This document shows, piece by piece, positions 28,738 to 37,906 of a DNA stretch of 64,000 bases. The first letter of the stretch is position 1, and every line of letters starts with the position of its first letter. The DNA is from Betaproteobacteria bacterium. Its GTDB lineage: Bacteria > Pseudomonadota > Gammaproteobacteria > Burkholderiales > Rhodocyclaceae. The translations under genes were made by a program, and so were the position numbers. The stretch covers positions 22,730-86,729 of the forward strand of contig JACQYB010000038.1 of the NCBI GenBank assembly GCA_016208415.1, written 5' to 3'. The notes beneath the pieces are model-generated. The model worked only from the letters and a program-made list of their open reading frames with translations. It did not search any database and had not been told where the DNA came from.

Positions 28738-28763
28738 GGTGGATTCCTTTGCGGTGGAGTGGT

Positions 28764-31700
28764 TCAGGCGGGGTTGATGCTTTCAAGCGCGCGCCGATGG
28801 GGGGTGTCGCCCCTTTCCAGGGTTGTGCGGATGGCGCCGAAGCGCAGGTACAGGGCCGGCACGACGATCATGTTGAGCAGGGTGGAGCTGAGCAGGCCGC
28901 ACAGGATGACCACCGCCATGGGCGCCTGAATCTCGCTGCCGGGCTCGCCGGCGGCCAGCGCCAGCGGCACCAGGGCGAGGCCGGCGGCCAGGGCGGTCAT
29001 GAGGATGGGCACCAGGCGTTCCTCGGCGCCGCGTTTCACCGCTTCAGCCGCGTCGCGTACCCCCTCGTGCTCCACCAGGTGGTGGATGTGGGAGATCAGC
29101 ATGACGCCGTTGCGGGTGGCGATGCCGAACAGGGTGATGAAGCCGATGATGGACGCCACCGACAGCACGCCACCGGCGGCGAACACGCCGATCACCCCGC
29201 CGATCATGGCCAGCGGCAGGTTGAGCATGACCAGGAAGGCGTCGCGCGCGGTGCGGAAGGCGATGAACAACAGCAGGAAGATGCCCACGGTGACCGCGAT
29301 ACCCAGCAGCAGCAGGGTGCGCGAAGCCGCTTCCGCGCTCTCGAACTGGCCGCCGTATTCGATGTGATAGCCGGCGGGCAACTTCACCCCCGCCGCCACC
29401 TGCGTGCGGATGTCGGCGACCACGCTGGCCAGGTCGCGTCCGGCCACGTTGGCCATCACCACCATCTTGCGCTGCACGTTTTCGCGGCTGATGGAATATG
29501 GCGCCCGGTCGTTGCGGATGTCGGCCAGCGCCGACAGAGGCAGACGCGCGCCGTCGGCGGTGGTGATGAGCGTGGTGCGCACCGCATCCAGGTTCGCCCG
29601 GGTCGACGGATCGAAGCGCAGCACCAGGTCGAAGCTCGCCTGGCCCTGCTGCACACGGTTCACCGGCAGGCCGGTGAAGGCCGCCTCGATCGCTTCCGAC
29701 ACCTCGCGCATGCCAAGGCCATGCCGCGCCAGGGCTTCGCGGCGGAATTTGATGGTGAGAAAGGGGATGTCGGTCTGCTGTTCGTCGGTGACATCCACCG
29801 CGCCCGGCACGGCCTGGGCGATGCCCTTGACCTGCTGGGTCAGCCGGCGCAGTTCGTTCAGATCCGGGCCGAAGATTTTCACCGCGATGTTCGAACGACT
29901 GCCCGACAGCATGTGGTCGATGCGGTGGGAGATGGGCTGGCCGACGACGATCTGGGTGCCGGGCACGCCGGCGAAATCCTCGCGCAGCGCGGCGAGGAAT
30001 GCTTCCTTGCCGCGCGCTTTGTCACCCTCTCCCATTTTCAGCGTCACCTCCATTTCCGAGGCCGACACGTCCATGGCGTGGGGATCGCCCTCGGCGCGGC
30101 CGGTGCGGCGCGCCGTGGCCACCACCTCGGGATGCGACAGCAGGATGTTTTCCACCATCCGCCCCAGGCGGTCGGACTCCTCCAGCGACGTCCCCGGCAG
30201 CGTGGCCATGCCCACGGTGAGCGTGCCCTCGTTGAAATCCGGCAGAAAAGCCCGGCCGGCGAAGGACAGGGCGATCAGCGCGGCGGCCAGCGTGGCCACG
30301 CTGAGCCCGGCCACGGTCTTCCAGCGCGCCAGCGTCGCATCCAGCACGCGACGATAGCCCGCCTTGAGGGCGTGAATGAAGCGCGGCTCGACGCTCTCGC
30401 GCACCGTCTTCGAGTTCGGCAGCCACAGCGCCGCCAGCACCGGCGTCACCGTGATCGCCACCACCAGCGAGGCGGCCAGCGATACCACATAGGCCAGCCC
30501 CAGCGGCGCCATCAGCCGGCCCTCGACGCCGGAGAGGAAGAACAGCGGCAGGAACACCAGCATGATGATCAGGGTGGCGAAGACGATGGAGCCCTGAATC
30601 TCGCGCGTCGCCTCGTAGACCAGGTGCTGCATGTTGACCTGCTGTTCGGCCGGCTTGGCGCGGTTCTGGCTTCGGCCGCCCGCTTCCGCGGGCTTAACGT
30701 TCGCTTCACTCACGTTAGCCTGCGCCGAAGCTCTGCTTTCGCGCAGGCGGCGCACGATGTTTTCCACCACGATGATGGCGTCGTCCACCAGCGCGCCCAG
30801 GGCGATGGCCATGCCGCCCAGGGTCATGGTGTTGATGGTGGCGCCCAGCGCCTTCATCGACAGGACCGTCGCCACCAGCGAGAGCGGGATCGCCACCAGA
30901 CTGATCGCCGTTGCCCTCCCCGAAAGCAGGAAGGCGAAGACGATGGCCACCACCAGGATCGCGCCTTCGAGCAAGGCCTTGTTCAGGTTGTCGATGGAAA
31001 CGCGGATGAAGTCGGCCTGGCGGAAGATGTGGCGCTCGATCTTCATGCCTTGCGGGAGGCCGGACTGGATTTCCTCCAGCGTGGCGTCGAGCCGGTCGGT
31101 CAGGTCCAGGGTGTTGGCCCCCGGCTGCTTCTGGATGCCCAGCACCACCGCCGCCTCGCCGTTATGCGAACCGACACCGCGCTTGGGCGCGGCGCCGATG
31201 TTCACTTCCGCCACGTGGCGCACCAGCACCGCGACTTGGCCAGCCTCGCCGCCGCGTCTGGCCACCACGGTGTCGGCGATGTCCGCCAGCGCCTCGATGC
31301 GCCCCAGTCCCTGGATCAGATATTCCTGGCCACCTTCCACCAGGAAGCCGGCCGAGGTGTTTTCGTTGGCCTCCCTCAAGGCCCGCGCCACTTCGTCCAC
31401 GGTCAGTCCATAGGCAGCCAAACGCTCCGGCGCCAAAGTCACCTGGAACTGCTGGGTGTCGCCACCGATGGGCAGCACCTCGGCCACGCCGGGCACTGCC
31501 AGCACCCGGCGCTTGATGACCTGTTCGGCGGTGTTCTTGAGTTCCATGCCACTGTGCCGGTCCGACGCCAGCGCGATGAACAGGATCTCGCCCATGATGG
31601 AAGCCGCCGGGGTCATGGCCGGGGCCGGAATATCCGGCGGCAGGCTCTCGCGGGCAAGTTGCAGGCGCTCGGCCACCACTTGGCGCGCCCGATAGAGATC

Positions 31701-32003
31701 CGTGCCCCATTCGAACTCCACCGTGACCACGGACAGCCCGATCTTGGTGGAGGAGCGCACCCGTCGCACGTCCGGGGCGCCGTTCAGCGCGGTTTCGATG
31801 GGGAAGGTGACGAGGTTCTCCACGTCGGTCGGCGCCATGCCGCGCGCCTCGGTGACCACGGTCACGCTAGGCGCGGTCAGATCGGGGAAAACATCCACGG
31901 GTGTCTTGGCGGCCTGCCAGCCACCCCAGGCGAGGAGCAGGACGCCGGCGAGGACGACAAAGAGCTTGTTGCGCAGCGACCACGCGATGATGTGACCGAT
32001 CAT
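28764..32003 (-). CDS. CusA/CzcA family heavy-metal efflux RND transporter
   Basis: 1079 aa with a typical HME-RND N-terminus (MIGHIIAWSLRNKLFVVLAGVLLLAWG), 12 TM helices and two large periplasmic loops. Confidence 0.95.
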   Translation of the reverse strand: MIGHIIAWSLRNKLFVVLAGVLLLAWGGWQAAKTPVDVFPDLTAPSVTVVTEARGMAPTDVENLVTFPIETALNGAPDVRRVRSSTKIGLSVVTVEFEWGTDLYRARQVVAERLQLARESLPPDIPAPAMTPAASIMGEILFIALASDRHSGMELKNTAEQVIKRRVLAVPGVAEVLPIGGDTQQFQVTLAPERLAAYGLTVDEVARALREANENTSAGFLVEGGQEYLIQGLGRIEALADIADTVVARRGGEAGQVAVLVRHVAEVNIGAAPKRGVGSHNGEAAVVLGIQKQPGANTLDLTDRLDATLEEIQSGLPQGMKIERHIFRQADFIRVSIDNLNKALLEGAILVVAIVFAFLLSGRATAISLVAIPLSLVATVLSMKALGATINTMTLGGMAIALGALVDDAIIVVENIVRRLRESRASAQANVSEANVKPAEAGGRSQNRAKPAEQQVNMQHLVYEATREIQGSIVFATLIIMLVFLPLFFLSGVEGRLMAPLGLAYVVSLAASLVVAITVTPVLAALWLPNSKTVRESVEPRFIHALKAGYRRVLDATLARWKTVAGLSVATLAAALIALSFAGRAFLPDFNEGTLTVGMATLPGTSLEESDRLGRMVENILLSHPEVVATARRTGRAEGDPHAMDVSASEMEVTLKMGEGDKARGKEAFLAALREDFAGVPGTQIVVGQPISHRIDHMLSGSRSNIAVKIFGPDLNELRRLTQQVKGIAQAVPGAVDVTDEQQTDIPFLTIKFRREALARHGLGMREVSEAIEAAFTGLPVNRVQQGQASFDLVLRFDPSTRANLDAVRTTLITTADGARLPLSALADIRNDRAPYSISRENVQRKMVVMANVAGRDLASVVADIRTQVAAGVKLPAGYHIEYGGQFESAEAASRTLLLLGIAVTVGIFLLLFIAFRTARDAFLVMLNLPLAMIGGVIGVFAAGGVLSVASIIGFITLFGIATRNGVMLISHIHHLVEHEGVRDAAEAVKRGAEERLVPILMTALAAGLALVPLALAAGEPGSEIQAPMAVVILCGLLSSTLLNMIVVPALYLRFGAIRTTLERGDTPHRRALESINPA

Positions 32004-32078
32004 GTTGTTGCCTCCTGCGGGGCCGTCCCAAAGGGGGCCGCGAACGAAGTGAGCGTGGGGGTCATTGCATTCTCCCGA

Positions 32079-33647
32079 TCAGTGCGCATGGCCGTGGCCG
32101 ATCTGCGCGGTGCCGGTCGAAGCGAGCTTGACCAGATACGCGCCGCGCGAGACCACGCGGCTCCCTGGCGTCAGGCCGTCCAGCACTTCCACCCAGTCGC
32201 CTTCGCGCGCGCCCAGGCGAACCGTGCGCCGCTCGAAGGATTCACCGCCCGCCTGCACGAACACCACGGCCATGCCGCCTTCGTCGAGGACGCTGGAGGC
32301 GGGAATGGCCACGGCTTCGCGCGCGCCGCCCGCGAACACCTGGGCCTGCACCGCCATGCCGATGGGCAGTTGTTGCCCTGTCGGTGGCGTGAATTCGAAT
32401 ATCACCGGCAGGGTGCGCGTGGCGGCGTCCACCACGCCGCCGACGGCGATGAGCCGTCCATTCCTGCCGGGGATGATTTCAATGCCGCGTTCGTCACCCG
32501 CCACGCGGAAAGATGCGCCGCCCGGTGTTGAAAGCCGCGCCGCCTCCGACTCGGGGACGCGCAGTTCCAGCCACAGGCCGCGGCGGTCGGCAATGTGGAA
32601 CAGCAGCGCACCTTCCTGGGCAAATGTCCCGGGGGAGACGCGCACATCGGCGATCGTCCCCGCCACCGGAGCCCGAATGGGCACGCCGCCACCGGCGCCA
32701 CCGCTGTTGCCACCATACTGGCCCAGGCGCTGCCGCGCGGCATCGTGTTCGGCGCGGGCCGAGGCCTCGGCGGCGCGGGCAGCCTGCACCCGTTTCTCCG
32801 GCACCACTTCGTCGCGATACAGGCCTTCCAGACGGGCCAGTTCACGCCCGGCCAGGTCCAGTTCCACCTTGGCCTTGCGCGCGGCGGCCTCCAGGCTGGC
32901 GAGATCGGTGTCCCCGCCCAGACGGGGAACCAGGTATGCCAGCACCTGGCCTTTGCTTACCGCCTGCCCCAGACGCGGGAACGCTCCCGCCGGTTTGATC
33001 TGTCCCGCCGTCTGCGCGGTGAGCAGCGCCTCGCCGTCCGGGCGGGCGCGCAGGGTGCCGGTCGCATCGACCACGCTGCGGATCGGTCGTGTCACGACTT
33101 CCGCAGTGGCGAAGTCCACCTTCCACTGCTGTTCCTTGGTGAAGCCGATGCCCTCATCGTCGTGGGCACCAGGCGCGGACTCGGCGGCCTTGCGGTCGGG
33201 GAACACGGTGATCGGGCCAAGCGCGTGCGTCACGCTGAATTCCGGCGTGCTGACCTCGATGCTCAGTTCCCGTTCGCCGGCGTGCTTCGGGGTCGCCTCG
33301 GGGCGGAAGATGCCGGGCTGGCTGGGGCCATCGATACCGAAAACCTCGTCCGGCTGGCCGTCGCCGCCAAGGCGCACGGTAACTTTGCCGGCGGTGACCG
33401 CCTTGAAGTCCGAGAGACGGCTCAGGTGAGCGGCAAAGGCGGATTTTTCGCCGACGACCAGCCGGGGAAACTCGACGAACAACTCGGTGCGGTCGCTGAA
33501 GTGGGTGAGTTTTTCACCGCCACTGCCATGGTCGGCGTGAGCGGCCTCGGCGGCGGTTTTGGTTTTCCCGGTTTCAGCGGCCTGGTCGCCACAGGCGGCC
33601 AGCGTCAGCAGGCCGGCGAGCAGCAGGGCAATGGATAGGGGGTTCAT
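32079..33647 (-). CDS. efflux RND periplasmic adaptor (CzcB/CusB family) with extra N-terminal domain
   Basis: 522 aa with a lipoprotein-like signal (LTLAAC). An N-terminal domain of about 130 aa follows a His-rich stretch (AHADHGSGGEK). After that come the biotinyl-lipoyl, coiled-coil and beta-barrel adaptor regions. Confidence 0.9.
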   Translation of the reverse strand: MNPLSIALLLAGLLTLAACGDQAAETGKTKTAAEAAHADHGSGGEKLTHFSDRTELFVEFPRLVVGEKSAFAAHLSRLSDFKAVTAGKVTVRLGGDGQPDEVFGIDGPSQPGIFRPEATPKHAGERELSIEVSTPEFSVTHALGPITVFPDRKAAESAPGAHDDEGIGFTKEQQWKVDFATAEVVTRPIRSVVDATGTLRARPDGEALLTAQTAGQIKPAGAFPRLGQAVSKGQVLAYLVPRLGGDTDLASLEAAARKAKVELDLAGRELARLEGLYRDEVVPEKRVQAARAAEASARAEHDAARQRLGQYGGNSGGAGGGVPIRAPVAGTIADVRVSPGTFAQEGALLFHIADRRGLWLELRVPESEAARLSTPGGASFRVAGDERGIEIIPGRNGRLIAVGGVVDAATRTLPVIFEFTPPTGQQLPIGMAVQAQVFAGGAREAVAIPASSVLDEGGMAVVFVQAGGESFERRTVRLGAREGDWVEVLDGLTPGSRVVSRGAYLVKLASTGTAQIGHGHAH

Positions 33648-34873
33648 TCGGTGCTCCCGGTCAATAGGTCATATTCGATGCGGGCATCGCGTGCGCGCTT
33701 CTCCAATTCAAGGGCGGTGGCCTCCACCTCCAGAGCGCCCCGGTAGGCGTCCAGCAATTCCAGCAAGCTGGATTCCCCGCCCCGATAGGCGGCTTCGGCG
33801 ATGCGCAGCAGGTCGGGGGAGGCCGCCACGGCGCGCGCGCGGTAGTCGGCCGCCGTCGCCCGCAGGATCTCGGCTTGGCGCCCCAGGCCGCGCAGTTCGC
33901 CCTCGGCGCGTGCGTGCGCCAGACGGTATTCGGCCCGTGCCTGCATGGCCTCGGCCGCCGCGCGCTGCCGGCCGGCCTGCTGGCGGTCGAATACCGGCAG
34001 GGGGATGGAGAGGGAGAGCGCCACGCCATTGTCGCGGCTGAAGCCGTTATCCACCCATTTGGGGCCGATACCCACCGTCAGGTCCGGCATCACCCCCTGT
34101 TTCGCGGCGCGGCCTTCCAGCTCGGCGGCCTCGGCGCGGCGAGACAACGCCTGCAGGTCCGGGCGTTGCTCCAGCCGGGAAAGGGTGGTTTCGATGGCGG
34201 GTAGAGGCGGTGGCAACAGTTCTCCGACCACAACAGGCCCTGTCGGCGTGCCGTTGGTTGCCCCTGTAGCGGTCGACAGGCGCGCCAGGGCACGCGCCAG
34301 GTCGGCGCGTTCTCCGGCCAGGCGAGCCTCCGATGCCTTGCGTTCCCGGGCCAGCCGCCGCTGGTCATAGCCGGTGGCCTCTCCGGCGCGGGCGAGCTTA
34401 CCCACCATGCCTTCCACCTGAATGAAACGCCGCGCCCACGTTTCGGTGATTCGGACGCTCTCCTGCCGGAAAAGGATTTCATGGAAGTGGCGCCGGATCT
34501 CGGCGGCGAGTTCGGCCCGGCGCTGGCTGTTTGCGGCTGAGGCAACCTCGACGCGGCGCTCGGCGGACTCCCGGCGCAGCTTCCGCTTGCCGGACAGATC
34601 AAAGGTCTGGCTGAGCATCCAGCTCTGCTCCAGCGTGCCCGGCGAGCCGCCGAGACGCTCCCGGTTGTAGCTCAGAACGGGATTGGGTGTCTGGCCGGCG
34701 TCCAGCACATCGGCCTCGGCCGCCCGCACCACGCCCAGTTCAAGGTCGGCGAGGTCGGTGCGCGCGAGACCCAGGCGGACAGCCGCGGCCTCGGTGAGGG
34801 GGAAGTGGGGCGTGGTTTGCGCCCACGCCGCCAGGGGCAGCGCAAGCAGTAACAGAGATAGCGTGAATCGCAT
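33644..34873 (-). CDS. TolC/CzcC family outer membrane efflux protein
   Basis: 409 aa with a signal peptide and two OEP repeats. The stop overlaps the adaptor start. Confidence 0.9.
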   Translation of the reverse strand: MRFTLSLLLLALPLAAWAQTTPHFPLTEAAAVRLGLARTDLADLELGVVRAAEADVLDAGQTPNPVLSYNRERLGGSPGTLEQSWMLSQTFDLSGKRKLRRESAERRVEVASAANSQRRAELAAEIRRHFHEILFRQESVRITETWARRFIQVEGMVGKLARAGEATGYDQRRLARERKASEARLAGERADLARALARLSTATGATNGTPTGPVVVGELLPPPLPAIETTLSRLEQRPDLQALSRRAEAAELEGRAAKQGVMPDLTVGIGPKWVDNGFSRDNGVALSLSIPLPVFDRQQAGRQRAAAEAMQARAEYRLAHARAEGELRGLGRQAEILRATAADYRARAVAASPDLLRIAEAAYRGGESSLLELLDAYRGALEVEATALELEKRARDARIEYDLLTGSTE

Positions 34874-34966
34874 GGTTTTCCTCGTGGCAAAGAAACGGAA
34901 CGAAGATTACCGGCGTGCGATGTTGGATCGCAGCGTGGTGCCGCGACGGAGCAAGCGCTCGCCGGT

Positions 34967-35332
34967 TCAGGCGAGCGCGAGAGGGGGACGGTCGAGCGGG
35001 GGGGGAGTGCGGGAGAAGAAAACCACGAGTTGATGCGGAGGTGGCCCATCGGGCAGAGGTAGATTCAAACCCAGGCCAGACTCCATGAGCATGGAGGAGA
35101 AGACGGGGTGGTAGTGGCTGCCGTGATGTCCGTCTTCGTTGTGGCCCTTATCCATGTCGCCAGTGGCGTCATGGTCGGGATGTTCGCCGTCGTGGTTGTC
35201 GTGGGCATGAAAACCCAGGGCCGAGACGTTATCGCCCAGGTGCCCATGCACGCCCGCTGCCGCCGACCAGGCGAACTGGAGCGGAATAATGAGCATGAGG
35301 ATCAGGGCAATGAAGCGACGCATGGCGGGCAT
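34967..35332 (-). CDS. small His-rich secreted/membrane protein (CzcI-like) upstream of czcCBA
   Basis: 121 aa: MRRFIALILMLIIPLQFAWS leader, His/Asp-rich middle (HGHLGD...HAHDNHDGEHPDHD...GHNEDGHHGSHYH) and a Pro-rich C-terminus (PPPLDRPP). Paralog of 37386..37814. Confidence 0.65.
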   Translation of the reverse strand: MPAMRRFIALILMLIIPLQFAWSAAAGVHGHLGDNVSALGFHAHDNHDGEHPDHDATGDMDKGHNEDGHHGSHYHPVFSSMLMESGLGLNLPLPDGPPPHQLVVFFSRTPPPLDRPPLALA

Positions 35333-35346
35333 TCTACGTTGATGGC

Positions 35347-35913
35347 TTGTTGGCGCAACGCTGCTTTCGTACCAGTGGATACCATTTTCCTGTGGAGATG
35401 AGTGCCCAACCGGCGGCCATGGCCTACTGCCGCTGGCTGAGCGCCCGGCTCGCGGGCTCGCTCGGGCCCGGACAGGTGGTGCGCCTGCCCCTGGAGTGGG
35501 AATGGCAGCTCGCCGCCACGGCGGGCGACCCGTCCCGCGACTACCCCTGGGGGGCGTGGGACGCCCGCATGGCCAACACGGTCGAGAACCGGCTCGGCCG
35601 GACCGTGACGGTGGGGCTGTATCCGTCGGCGACCTGGGGCGACGGAGCCGGGCCGCTGGACATGGCGGGCAACGTCTGGGAGTGGTGCTGCAACCTGTAT
35701 CACGAGCCGCGGAAGCGGGTCACGGCCGGCGACAAGGACGCTCCCCGGGTGCTGCGCGGCGGGTCGTGGGGCTACGACCGCCACGGCTGTCGCGGCGCGT
35801 CCCGGTTCGGGAACGGGCCCGGCCCCCGCGACTACGGTGCCGGCTTTCGCCTCCTGCTTGCGTCCCCCATCTCTGAATCACTGCTCACTGAAACTCTGGT
35901 CTCTGGAGAATGA
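35347..35913 (+). pseudogene. formylglycine-generating enzyme (SUMF1/EgtB/PvdO) domain fragment, N-terminally truncated
   Basis: Only the C-terminal two-thirds of an FGE domain is present: AMAYCRWLS..., VRLPLEWEWQLAA, GNVWEWC, RVLRGGSW..., GFRLL. The N-terminal part of the domain is missing and there is no convincing start context. Confidence 0.6.
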
Positions 35914-36016
35914 CGGCGCCGGGCATGGGGCGGGTTTTCATCGCGCCGCAGCAGGCGGCGCGCGATGCCCGCGCTGTGCCGCGCCTCGCACGCCCCTGCA
36001 AGCTGATGTTGCAATA

Positions 36017-36042
36017 TGCACACAGAGCGGCTATTGTGTGCA
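36017..36042. promoter_or_regulatory. candidate operator upstream of the Xre/RES module
   Basis: Perfect 8-bp inverted repeat TGCACACA-N10-TGTGTGCA, ending 25 nt upstream of the antitoxin ATG (36067). Confidence 0.4.
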
Positions 36043-36066
36043 AGTAGCACAAACAGCCCCATCCCC

Positions 36067-36426
36067 ATGACCGCCCTCGTCGCCCCCAGACCCGACCCCG
36101 CCCACGTCCTCACCCGCGCCTTGGTCAGCGCCGGAAAGGATCTCGGGCTGACCCAGGCCGCGCTGGGCGAGGTCGTGGGCAAGGACCGCACGGCGCTCAG
36201 CCGCGGCGGCATCGACCCCGCCAGCAAGGCCGGCGAACTGGCGCTGCTGCTGATCCGCGCCTACCGCGCCCTGTTCGTGCTGGTGGGCGGCGAGCCGGCG
36301 CAGATGAAACACTGGATGCACAGCGCCAACCGCCACACCGGCGGCATCCCCGCCGAGCAGATCCGCAGCGTGCAGGGCCTGCTGCAGGTAGTCGAATACC
36401 TGGACGCCCTGCGCGGCAAGACGTGA
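36067..36426 (+). CDS. Xre/MbcA/ParS-like antitoxin (DUF2384)
   Basis: ORF 36016..36426 with likely start MTALVAPRPDP. It has an HTH-like region (GLTQAALGEVVGKDRTALSR) and a C-terminal toxin-binding motif (WMHSANRHTGGIPAEQIRSVQGLLQVVEYLDALRG). Confidence 0.8.
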   Translation: MTALVAPRPDPAHVLTRALVSAGKDLGLTQAALGEVVGKDRTALSRGGIDPASKAGELALLLIRAYRALFVLVGGEPAQMKHWMHSANRHTGGIPAEQIRSVQGLLQVVEYLDALRGKT

Positions 36427-37265
36427 CCGGGGTGTCCGACATCTGGGCCGCCTGCGGCGCGCAGGCGCCACGGGTCACCCTCCAATGCACGGTGCTGCGG
36501 CTGGTGGAAAGCCAGGAGCAGATCGCCACCCGGCGCCTGGTGCGCCACCTGGACGAACAGGCACTGCTGGAAGAGTTGCTGGAAACCGTAAAGCCGCCCC
36601 TCCCGGCGCCGGGCCGCCCCAAGCCGGGAGGCGCCCCCTCGGGGGGCAGCGCAGCGTGGGGGCCCACCCCTGCGGCGCCGGCCGCCGCTGCGGCGGCCGG
36701 GCTGCACTACCTGCTCTACACGCCGTTCCGCTACCCGCCGCTGCGCCACGGCTCGCGCTTCGGACGCCGCTTCGAACCCAGCCTGTTCTATGGCGCCCTG
36801 GAGCCGGACACGGTGCTGGCGGAATCCGCCTACTACCGCTTCGTCTTCTGGGAAGGCATGGAAACGCCCCCGGCGACGACCCTGCGCACCGAGCACACGC
36901 TGTTCGGCGCCGCCTGCCGCAGCCGTCACGCCCTGCGCCTGCACGAGCCGCCCTTCGACGCCTGGCGGGAGGCCCTGGTCAGCCGCACCGACTACCGCGC
37001 CACCCAGCAACTCGGCAGCGCTCTGCGCGAAGCCGGCATCGAGGCCATTGAGTACGTCTCCGCCCGCGATCCGGCGGGTGGCATCGCCGTGGCCCTGTTC
37101 ACCCCCGGCGCCTTGGCGGCGAAGCGCCCCGTTTTCAGCCAGCAATGGCTGGGCGAGACCGACGGCGCGCAGGTGCGCTTCTTCTGCCCGGAGGAGCGCA
37201 CCGTGGTGCGCTTCGGGCGCGGGGATTTCGAGGTGGCGGGGGCGCTGCCGCTGCCGGCGGGGTAG
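36423..37265 (+). CDS. RES family toxin (NAD+-targeting RES domain) with Pro/Ala-rich insertion
   Basis: 280 aa. The GTG start overlaps the antitoxin stop (GTGA). RES-type motifs are present (GSRFGRRFEPSLFYGALEPDTVLAESAYY; IEYVSARDPAGGIAVALFTP). Confidence 0.8.
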   Translation: MTGVSDIWAACGAQAPRVTLQCTVLRLVESQEQIATRRLVRHLDEQALLEELLETVKPPLPAPGRPKPGGAPSGGSAAWGPTPAAPAAAAAAGLHYLLYTPFRYPPLRHGSRFGRRFEPSLFYGALEPDTVLAESAYYRFVFWEGMETPPATTLRTEHTLFGAACRSRHALRLHEPPFDAWREALVSRTDYRATQQLGSALREAGIEAIEYVSARDPAGGIAVALFTPGALAAKRPVFSQQWLGETDGAQVRFFCPEERTVVRFGRGDFEVAGALPLPAG

Positions 37266-37385
37266 GAAAGCCCGAAGGGTGACCGTGAAAGCGTGGCGCG
37301 GCACTGCGACGCCACATCTCGGCCGTCCTTGCCAAACCGCCGGCCGTCCCCTAGCATTCAAACGTTTGCACCATCCCGCCTGACC

Positions 37386-37814
37386 ATGCTTCGTCGCCTG
37401 ATCGTGTTCATCGCCGTGCTGTGGCTGCCCCTCCAGTCGTGGGCGGTGGTGGCCATGCCGTTCTGCGCCCATGGCGCGCACGGCGCGGCGGCGGCCAATG
37501 CGGCCGCGGCGCAGCACCCGGACCATCACGGCGCCGCGGCCCATGACGCCCACGCCGGCCACGCCGCCCACGCCGGCCACGCCGATCAAGGCCACCACGC
37601 CCCCGCGCCGGACGAGCCGCCCGCGCCCCAGGCCGGCGCCGGCTGCGACGACTGCGGCCTGTGCCACCTGGCCTGCGCCGGCATCATTCCGGCCGCCGAT
37701 GTGGGCCACGCCATCACCGATTTCTCCTCCGTCCGCAACGCCGCACCGGCGCAGACCGCGCCCACGGTGCATCTGGAACACCCCCAGCGCCCACCCCTAC
37801 CCGTCGCGCTCTAG
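37386..37814 (+). CDS. small His-rich secreted/membrane protein (CzcI-like), second copy
   Basis: Part of ORF 37293..37814, starting MLRRLIVFIAVLWLPLQSWAVVA. It has His/Ala-rich repeats (HPDHHGAAAHDAHAGHAAHAGHADQGHH), a CDDCGLCHLAC cluster and a C-terminal QRPPLP. Confidence 0.65.
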   Translation: MLRRLIVFIAVLWLPLQSWAVVAMPFCAHGAHGAAAANAAAAQHPDHHGAAAHDAHAGHAAHAGHADQGHHAPAPDEPPAPQAGAGCDDCGLCHLACAGIIPAADVGHAITDFSSVRNAAPAQTAPTVHLEHPQRPPLPVAL

Positions 37815-37906
37815 GCGGCGGGTGAGCCCCATATGACAATGGCAATCACGGCGCCAGCGCGCCGGGCACCCGCCGCTTCCTCGTGTGTTCAACCGAAGAG
37901 GAAGCG

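Noticed and set aside
28749-32531. 1260-aa ORF on the plus strand
   Set aside because: It is a shadow ORF antisense to the CzcA-type RND transporter and adaptor. The sequence is low-complexity and rich in Gly/Arg/His/Asp, with no motifs.
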